Source: Bifidobacterium longum subsp. longum JCM 1217
Lineage (GTDB): Bacteria; Actinomycetota; Actinomycetes; Actinomycetales; Bifidobacteriaceae
NCBI RefSeq assembly: GCF_000196555.1
Contig: NC_015067.1
Coordinates: 2,160,001-2,192,000, forward strand
Direction of reading: 5' to 3'
DNA: 32,000 nt
The notes below the pieces were generated by a model. The model ran no database searches. It was given only the letters and a program-made list of their open reading frames with translations, and was not told where the DNA came from. A program made the translations under genes and the position numbers. Positions 26,212-32,000 of this stretch are shown in pieces (position 1 is the first letter of the stretch; every line of letters begins with the position of its first letter).

Positions 26212-27282
26212 ATGAGATCATTTGACTACATCGAATCAGGTAAGACGTTGCTCACCCCGCACACCACGAGTTTGCTTGCCGCTATTCACGAGGCAAAAGG
26301 GCGTCAAAGCATACAGACAACGATCAGACCGGATATATTGGGGACGCTGGTTGCCGTCGCGCGCATCCAAAGCACAGATGCCTCAAACCGCATCGAAGGT
26401 ATTTCTACCAGCGATAGCAGGCTCAACGATCTCGTCTCGGAGAAAGTCACACCGCGCAATCGCAATGAAGAAGAAATTGCCGGTTACCGTGACGCGCTAT
26501 CGGTTATTCACGAAAGCCACGACTATATTCCGATTACCCCGAACGTCATTCTTCAACTGCACCGCGACCTCTTCCGACACACACCACTGACCTTTGCGGG
26601 GCATTTCAAGGACAGTGACAACGTCATCATCGAACGAGATGCACACGGGACCAGCACCGTGCGATTCGCCCCACCGTCCGCACTTGTCACACCGGAACTG
26701 ATCGAACGCGCGTGTTCCGCCTACACGCAAGCAATCCGAGATGGACATACCGATCCATTGCTTGCCATCGCCATGTTCATTCTCGATTTCACCTGCATAC
26801 ATCCGTTCAATGACGGCAACGGCCGCATGAGTCGGCTACTCACGCTCCTGATGTTGTACCGCAATGGCTATATGGTCGGCAAATACATCAGTATCGAACA
26901 CCTTATCGAGCAAAGTAAACGCACTTATTATGAGGCGATGACCGCAAGCACCCAAGGATGGGACGACAACGCCAATGATTATGCGCCATTCACGAACTAC
27001 CTGCTTGGCATCATACTGTCCGCGTGCAAGGAATTCGACGAACGCATCAATCTCGCGGCAGGCGGCAGAGCGCAGGGAGCACCGCGAGTAGCCACCAAGG
27101 GAACGCGGATTGAAGCACTGCTTGATCAATCCCTAGTGCCACTCTCCAAGGCCGATATTCTCGCTCGCATGCCCGATACCAGCACCACCACCATTGAGCG
27201 CACGCTGAAATCACTGTTGGACTCCGGTACGATCATCAAAATCGGTGCTGGTCGCAGCACCCGCTATGTGAAACGCCGCTAA
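26212..27282 (+). CDS. Fic-family protein (class II, N-terminal inhibitory helix) with C-terminal winged-helix domain
   Basis: The canonical Fic motif HPFNDGNGRMSR is present. The N-terminal SNRIEG matches the [ST]xxxE[GN] inhibitory motif. The C-terminal segment is LSKADILARMPDTSTTTIERTLKSLLDSGTIIKIGAGRSTRY. Confidence 0.9.
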   Translation: MRSFDYIESGKTLLTPHTTSLLAAIHEAKGRQSIQTTIRPDILGTLVAVARIQSTDASNRIEGISTSDSRLNDLVSEKVTPRNRNEEEIAGYRDALSVIHESHDYIPITPNVILQLHRDLFRHTPLTFAGHFKDSDNVIIERDAHGTSTVRFAPPSALVTPELIERACSAYTQAIRDGHTDPLLAIAMFILDFTCIHPFNDGNGRMSRLLTLLMLYRNGYMVGKYISIEHLIEQSKRTYYEAMTASTQGWDDNANDYAPFTNYLLGIILSACKEFDERINLAAGGRAQGAPRVATKGTRIEALLDQSLVPLSKADILARMPDTSTTTIERTLKSLLDSGTIIKIGAGRSTRYVKRR

Positions 27283-27307
27283 ACGCATCCTTGTGCGCAA
27301 CATCTCG

Positions 27308-29116
27308 TCACTCTTCCGGCGCTCCGCTGGCCACGCGAATCATCGCGTACTGGGACTCGTAGAGGCGGTAGTACGCGCCCTTGGCGGCGAGCAGCTGCGC
27401 GTGCGAGCCGTGCTCGACGATCTGGCCGTGATCGATGTAGAAGATCTCGTCCGCGTTCTCGATCGTCGACAGGCGGTGCGCGATGATGAAGCTCGTGCGC
27501 CCCTTGAGCAGATGCTGCAGGCCGGCCTGCAGCGCCTCCTCGGTGCGCGTGTCGATGTTGCTCGTCGCCTCGTCCAGGATCAGGATACGCGGGTCGGCGA
27601 GCAGCACGCGCGCGAAGGCGATGAGCTGGCGCTGGCCGGCCGACAGGGTCGATCCGCGCTCCTCCACCACCGTGTCGTACCCGTCGGGCAGTTCCATGAT
27701 GAACTCGTGCGCGTGCACGGCCTTCGCCGCCGCCTCGATTTCCTCGTCGGTGGCGTCGAGCTTGCCGTAGCGGATGTTCTCGCGCACGTTGCCGGAGAAG
27801 ATGAAGGTGTCCTGCAGCATCACGCCCATCTGCCGGCGCAGCGATGCGAGCGTCACGTCGCGCACGTCGTAGCCGTCGATCGTCACCGAGCCCTCGGACA
27901 CGTCGTAGAAGCGCGACAGCAGGTTGATGATCGTCGTCTTGCCGGCGCCCGTCGGGCCGACCAGCGCGATTGTGCGCCCCGGTTCGACGTGGAAGTCCAC
28001 GAGGTTGAGGATGTTGCGGCCGTCCTTCTCGTAGCGGAACACCACGTCGTTGAAGTCGACGCGCCCGCGGATCTGCGGCAGGTCCGCCGCGTCGGGCTTG
28101 TTGCGGATCTCCGGCGTGACGTCGAGCGTCTCGAAGATGCGCTCGAGGTACGCCGAGCAGGTGATGAGCTGGTTGTAGAAGTTGCCGATGTTGATCACCG
28201 GATTCCAGAAGTTGTTCGCGTAGCCGACGAACGCGATGAGCACGCCGGTGGTCACGTTCACGCCCCCGAAGCCCATCACGCCGACGAAGTAGATGAACGA
28301 GATGGTCATCACGGAGATGGTCTGCACGCCCGGCCACATGAGGAACTGGATGTGCACGGCGTGCATCCACGCGGAACGCACCTCGCCCTGCTGTTCCTGG
28401 AAGGTCCTGAACTGGGCCTGCTCCTGTGCGAAGGTCTGCGTGGTCTTCACGCCGGCGATCGACTCGTGGATGTAGGCGTTCAGGTTGCTCTGCTTGTTGG
28501 AGAGCTTCTGGAAGGCGCGCCGCTGGAAGATCTGCAGCACGCGCACCCAGATGATGAGCACCGGGAACAGGATCAGGCTCCACAGGGCCAGCTGCCAGTC
28601 GATCACGAACATCACGATCAGCGTGATCACGAAGGTGAACACGTCGGAGATCACGTTGATCAGACCGGAGCTCAGCGTGTCCGAAAGCGTGTTCACATAG
28701 TTGACCACGCGGATCAGGATCTTGCCGTGCGGGCGCGAATCGAAGTAGCTGAAGGGCAGCGTCTGGATATGCGTGAAGATATCGCGGCGCATGTCCTTGA
28801 GCATGAGCTGGCCGACGCGCGTGATCGCCACCGTGCGGTAGCGCAGCCCGAACTCGTACAGCACGATCAGCGCGGCGAGGATCACGGCGAGGATGCCGAG
28901 CTTGCCGAGGTCCTTGTTCGGGATCGCCTCGTCGATCATGATCTTGGTCAGGTACGGCACGGCGACGACGATGCAGCTCATCGAGATGACGACGACGAGA
29001 ATGCGCGCCACCTGTGCCATATACGGTTTGAGATATTTGCCGACGCGCAGGATGTCCCGGAAGTTGATCTGCTCCTCGAGTTCCTCATCCTCGCGGTATG
29101 TATTGCGTTGTGCCAT
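27308..29116 (-). CDS. ABC exporter half-transporter (TMD-NBD), consensus-site subunit of a heterodimer
   Basis: The 602-aa product has six N-terminal TM segments. Its NBD motifs are Walker A GPTGAGKTT, Walker B ILILDEATS, H-loop IAHR and a non-canonical signature LSAGQ. Confidence 0.9.
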   Translation of the reverse strand: MAQRNTYREDEELEEQINFRDILRVGKYLKPYMAQVARILVVVISMSCIVVAVPYLTKIMIDEAIPNKDLGKLGILAVILAALIVLYEFGLRYRTVAITRVGQLMLKDMRRDIFTHIQTLPFSYFDSRPHGKILIRVVNYVNTLSDTLSSGLINVISDVFTFVITLIVMFVIDWQLALWSLILFPVLIIWVRVLQIFQRRAFQKLSNKQSNLNAYIHESIAGVKTTQTFAQEQAQFRTFQEQQGEVRSAWMHAVHIQFLMWPGVQTISVMTISFIYFVGVMGFGGVNVTTGVLIAFVGYANNFWNPVINIGNFYNQLITCSAYLERIFETLDVTPEIRNKPDAADLPQIRGRVDFNDVVFRYEKDGRNILNLVDFHVEPGRTIALVGPTGAGKTTIINLLSRFYDVSEGSVTIDGYDVRDVTLASLRRQMGVMLQDTFIFSGNVRENIRYGKLDATDEEIEAAAKAVHAHEFIMELPDGYDTVVEERGSTLSAGQRQLIAFARVLLADPRILILDEATSNIDTRTEEALQAGLQHLLKGRTSFIIAHRLSTIENADEIFYIDHGQIVEHGSHAQLLAAKGAYYRLYESQYAMIRVASGAPEE

Positions 29117-29126
29117 AAGTCCTCTT

Positions 29127-31037
29127 CTAAAAACCTTGTGCGACGCCGGACTGGAGTCCGAGCTGCTTGTGGTAGATGTCCCAGTAGCGGCCGTGTGCGG
29201 CCACGAGTTCGGCGTGGGTGCCGCGTTCGACGATACGTCCGTGCTCGAGCACCAGAATCAGGTCGGAATCCTTGACCGACGAGATGCGGTGGGCGATGGC
29301 GACGATGGTCTTGCCGCCGTCCATCTCCTTGAGGTGCTTCTGGATCTCCGCCTCGGTCTCCATATCGACGGCCGAGGTCGTATCGTCCATAATCAGGATC
29401 GACGGATTGTCCGCGAGCGCGCGGGCCAGCGACAGGCGCTGCTTCTGCCCGCCGGACAGGCCCACGCCGCGTTCGCCCACGACGGTGTCATAACCCTGTG
29501 GCATCGACCTGATGAAATTGTCCGCGCCGGCGATCTGGGCCATTTTCTGGATATATCGGTCGTCGCTATCACCGCTGGCACCAAAACCGATGTTGCCGCC
29601 GATGGTGTCGGAGAACAGGAAGGTATCCTGCGCCACGATGCACACCTGCGAGCGCAAGGTGGCCAGCGGCCAGTCGCGTGCGTCGATGCCGTCGATGAGC
29701 ACATGGCCAACGGTCGGGTCGTAGAAGCGGGAGATGAGGCTGACGAGCGTGGACTTGCCCGCGCCGGTTTCGCCGAGGATGCCGAGCTTGGAGCCGGCGG
29801 GCACGGTGAAGTCGAGGTCCTTGAGGATCGGGGTCTCCGGGTCGTCCGGGAAGGCGAAGCTGACGTGGTCGAAGCGGATGTCGCCCTTGATGTGCAGCGG
29901 GCAGGACTTGCGTTCGGTGGACTGCTGGGCACCGGATGTTCCGGAAGCCACGGGCGCTCCGGTAGCCCCGGTAGCCTCATCATCGTGCTTGACTTGCTCG
30001 ACGATCGTGACCGCCTGCTTGACGGTTTCGACCGCGTCGGGCTTCTCCACGATGCGCGGCTGTTCGGTGAGCAGCTTGCGGATTTTGATGCAGCTGGCGT
30101 TGAATCGCTGCCAGTCGTTGATCAGCCAGCCGGACTGGCGCACCGGGCCGTCGATCATCCACAGGAAGGAGTTGAAACTCACCAGATTGCCGAGGGTCAT
30201 GTAGCCCTTGATGACCAGAAAGCCGCCGAGGCCGAGGGTGATGAGCTGCAGCGAGAAGCCGAGGCCGTCCAGCCACGGCATGTACTTGCGCGAGTTGTAG
30301 GCCAAGGCCATGTTGCACTGCATGTAATCGTCGTTGTGCTCGTCGAACTTTTCGGTCTCGTACGGTTCGCGCACGAATGCCTTGACCACACGGTTGCCCT
30401 CGATGTTCTCTTCGACCATGGAGTTGAGGGAGGCCAGCGAGTTGCGGATGGCGAAGAACAGCGGGTGGGCGTGCGTGGACAGGCCGCGCGTGAGCACAAA
30501 AATGAACGGCGTGACGCAGGCCAGGACGAGCGCGAGTCGCCAATCGATGGCGAACATCACGCACAGGGCGCCCACGAACATGACCACGCAGTCGGCAATC
30601 TGATAGCTCACCCAACTCAGGCAGTGGCGGATCGCGTCGGTGTCGGAGGTCAGGCGGCTCATGATGTCGCCGGTGCGTGTGTGGTTGAAATACGTGAAGT
30701 CGAGCTCGTGCAGCTTCTCGTATTCGTCGGAGACGAGGCGGTAGACCGAGTTCTGGCCGAAACGCTCCATCCACATCTGGTAGCCGTATCGCGCGCCCAC
30801 GCGGATGATGGTCATGAGGATCATCAGTCCACACAGACGTGGCAGTTCGTCGGCATGTCCGCCGACGATGACGCGGTCCACGATGATACCGGACAGAATC
30901 GGAATGGTCAGGGCCATCGTGTTATTTGCGATGAACAGTAGAAGCGCGCCTACCACGCGGGGCAGGTCTGGTTTGCAGTATGGCAGCACCCATTTGAGAT
31001 TGCTTGCGCTGGTATTGATTCCCGGATCGACGTACAT
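29127..31037 (-). CDS. ABC exporter half-transporter (TMD-NBD), degenerate-site subunit of a heterodimer
   Basis: The 636-aa product has Walker A GETGAGKST and signature LSGGQ. Walker B reads ILIMDDTTS, with Asp in place of the catalytic Glu. Only 10 nt separate it from the downstream partner. Confidence 0.9.
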   Translation of the reverse strand: MYVDPGINTSASNLKWVLPYCKPDLPRVVGALLLFIANNTMALTIPILSGIIVDRVIVGGHADELPRLCGLMILMTIIRVGARYGYQMWMERFGQNSVYRLVSDEYEKLHELDFTYFNHTRTGDIMSRLTSDTDAIRHCLSWVSYQIADCVVMFVGALCVMFAIDWRLALVLACVTPFIFVLTRGLSTHAHPLFFAIRNSLASLNSMVEENIEGNRVVKAFVREPYETEKFDEHNDDYMQCNMALAYNSRKYMPWLDGLGFSLQLITLGLGGFLVIKGYMTLGNLVSFNSFLWMIDGPVRQSGWLINDWQRFNASCIKIRKLLTEQPRIVEKPDAVETVKQAVTIVEQVKHDDEATGATGAPVASGTSGAQQSTERKSCPLHIKGDIRFDHVSFAFPDDPETPILKDLDFTVPAGSKLGILGETGAGKSTLVSLISRFYDPTVGHVLIDGIDARDWPLATLRSQVCIVAQDTFLFSDTIGGNIGFGASGDSDDRYIQKMAQIAGADNFIRSMPQGYDTVVGERGVGLSGGQKQRLSLARALADNPSILIMDDTTSAVDMETEAEIQKHLKEMDGGKTIVAIAHRISSVKDSDLILVLEHGRIVERGTHAELVAAHGRYWDIYHKQLGLQSGVAQGF

Positions 31038-31046
31038 GTGAGGAGA

Positions 31047-31172
31047 TCACCGTTTCTTGGGGATTGTTTGCTTGTGGTATGGTGCGGCATGCTCCTGCGC
31101 CGCACGCGGCAATCGCTGCCGCCGCGATTCACGATCAGCCGTGCTTCGCACTGCGCCTGTCATTGGCCGCAT
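31047..31172 (-). CDS. Candidate 41-codon upstream ORF / leader peptide of the ABC exporter operon
   Basis: The SD AAGGAGAG (31188-31181) lies 8 nt before ATG 31172. The product is MRPMTGAVRSTADRESRRQRLPRAAQEHAAPYHKQTIPKKR. Its TGA (31049-31047) is 9 nt before the exporter ATG, which itself has no obvious SD. I translated it by hand because it is below the ORF-track cutoff. Confidence 0.3.
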   Translation of the reverse strand: MRPMTGAVRSTADRESRRQRLPRAAQEHAAPYHKQTIPKKR

Positions 31173-31308
31173 GACCGAAGCTCTCCTTCATCGGTCGAAG
31201 CACGTTCGACTTTCGCAAACGCGTACTAGTCTAGACGGCCTGCGTCTAATCGCAACGGCCCGCAACTCTGCGTGTTCCCCGCATTAGCGGCGATACGCGG
31301 CTCTCTAA

Positions 31309-31334
31309 GCGCAACATTCCCCGGAATGCGTCGC
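31309..31334. repeat. 26-nt quasi-palindromic motif, copy 2 of 3
   Basis: GCGCAACATTCCCCGGAATGCGTCGC shares its first 14 nt with copy 1. Confidence 0.5.
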
Positions 31335-31359
31335 TGCACACCTCCGAACAGGTCCAATT

Positions 31360-31386
31360 CGCAACGCATTCCCGGGAAAGTGGCGC
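31360..31386. repeat. Quasi-palindromic motif, copy 3 of 3 (inverted partner of copy 2)
   Basis: CGCAACGCATTCCCGGGAAAGTGGCGC has a perfect 10-bp TTCCCGGGAA centre. Its reverse complement matches 31309-31331 at 20 of 23 positions. Confidence 0.5.
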
Positions 31387-31490
31387 ATGTCATATCACGC
31401 TCAAACAACCCAGCATAGTGAGTGGTTCATTCACGTTTTACGTATTGTGCGACGGAATCGGCATCTCCCGCAACACGTGAGATATGCAAA

Positions 31491-31527
31491 AGTGCCGCAC
31501 GCTGAATGGTGATCAGCGTGCGGCACT
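31491..31527 (-). terminator. Rho-independent terminator for the partial minus-strand gene at the right edge
   Basis: AGTGCCGCACGCTGA and TCAGCGTGCGGCACT form a 15-bp perfect stem with a 7-nt loop. TTTTG follows on the minus strand. Confidence 0.6.
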
Positions 31528-31788
31528 GCGCGAAACGCGTGAAATCCGCAGAACGCACGAAACTCACGAAACAGATAAAACGTACAAAACGCAAGCAAGG
31601 CGAAGCAACGAACAGACAGAGACAGTCCACCTACAGGTCAGAACGCCAGCGAACGCACGTAGGAACCAACTTGCGGGCGGAACAGCTACCGGGGATTGTT
31701 CGTTTGCGATGTTCGCATTCATGGCAGGTTTCTCCATACGATTCGGGCGGTCGGTTCAGGAGGTTGGTTGGCGGAGGCAGGTTCGGTT

Positions 31789-32000
31789 TCAGCGTCGGTC
31801 CAGGGCCACCCAGAGCACGCCGTGCGGCGGAATCGTGCCGGTGATGACGCGGTCGGCACCCACGCCTTCAAGACGCACGTCGGCGGGCTCGCCCGGCGCG
31901 TCGGCATACAGATCGGCGAGTGTCCAATCGTCATTGCGGGCGTCAAGCCCCACGATGGATTGGAGCTGGATGTTGCGGCCGATCTCGTATGTGTCGCTGC
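31789..32000 (-). CDS. 3' end of an unidentified gene (partial, continues past the right edge)
   Basis: The open minus-strand frame reads ..SDTYEIGRNIQLQSIVGLDARNDDWTLADLYADAPGEPADVRLEGVGADRVITGTIPPHGVLWVALDRR, with a stop at 31791-31789. GC-rich third positions suggest real coding. The ending is reminiscent of glycosidase C-terminal beta-sandwich tails, but that resemblance is weak. Confidence 0.55.
   Translation of the reverse strand, partial: SDTYEIGRNIQLQSIVGLDARNDDWTLADLYADAPGEPADVRLEGVGADRVITGTIPPHGVLWVALDRR

Noticed and set aside
27279-30941. Very long ORFs overlapping the ABC exporter genes, both out of frame on the same strand (27279-28583, 29980-30834) and antisense (27293-29275, 28893-30941).
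   Set aside because: These are typical high-GC alternative-frame and antisense ORFs with Arg/His/Asp/Val-rich translations. The two annotated frames carry complete TMD and NBD motifs.
31528-31788. An A/C-rich tract with repeated ACGAAAC/CGAAAC-like words between the right-edge gene stop and its terminator.
   Set aside because: It reads as low-complexity 3' UTR. It has no stable structure, no ORF and no second copy in the window. A small RNA cannot be excluded, but nothing specific supports one.
31506-31946. ORFs 31506-31844 (+) and 31719-31946 (-).
   Set aside because: Both overlap out of frame with, or run antisense to, the partial minus-strand CDS ending at 31789. That CDS has much better coding character.

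Overview
This is a high-GC actinobacterial chromosome segment. Gene content (fused rmlC-rmlD, DUF4012 protein, GH25 muramidase with GW/YY wall-binding repeats, long Kup, heterodimeric ABC exporter) resembles a Bifidobacterium genome; that taxon call is recognition from memory, not a search.

Positions 1-17.6 kb are a cell-envelope polysaccharide locus full of mobile-element debris:
- An IS3-family element abuts a truncated IS30-family transposase.
- A minus-strand dTDP-rhamnose operon (rmlB, an inserted Abi_2/HEPN-like ORF, rmlCD, rmlA) is bracketed by a second decayed IS30 copy.
- A secreted GH25 muramidase carries 15 wall-binding repeats.
- A stand-alone AlbA_2 (Schlafen-like)/HATPase_c_4/wHTH protein follows.
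- One GtrB/CsbB-like GT2 is intact and one paralog is decayed.
- A roughly 950-bp low-GC stretch has no convincing gene.
- A family-3 acyltransferase is translationally coupled to a DUF4012 protein.

Positions 17.9-20.5 kb encode an FtsX/MacB-type permease coupled to an ABC ATPase whose catalytic motifs are degenerate and which has an acidic N-terminal extension.

The remainder looks like housekeeping: HD hydrolase, class II glutamine amidotransferase, Kup, TatD, a class II Fic protein preceded by a dense 13-bp repeat array, and a heterodimeric ABC exporter pair preceded by a structured leader with a 41-codon uORF. A partial gene lies at the right edge.

No tRNA, rRNA or CRISPR array was seen.

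The best candidates for something new are:
- the Abi_2/HEPN-like gene wired into the rhamnose operon;
- the permease plus pseudo-ATPase pair;
- the orphan AlbA_2 protein with its 41-bp perfect palindrome;
- the repeat arrays near fic and the exporter.

All family assignments are motif recognition by eye and need HMM or structure confirmation.
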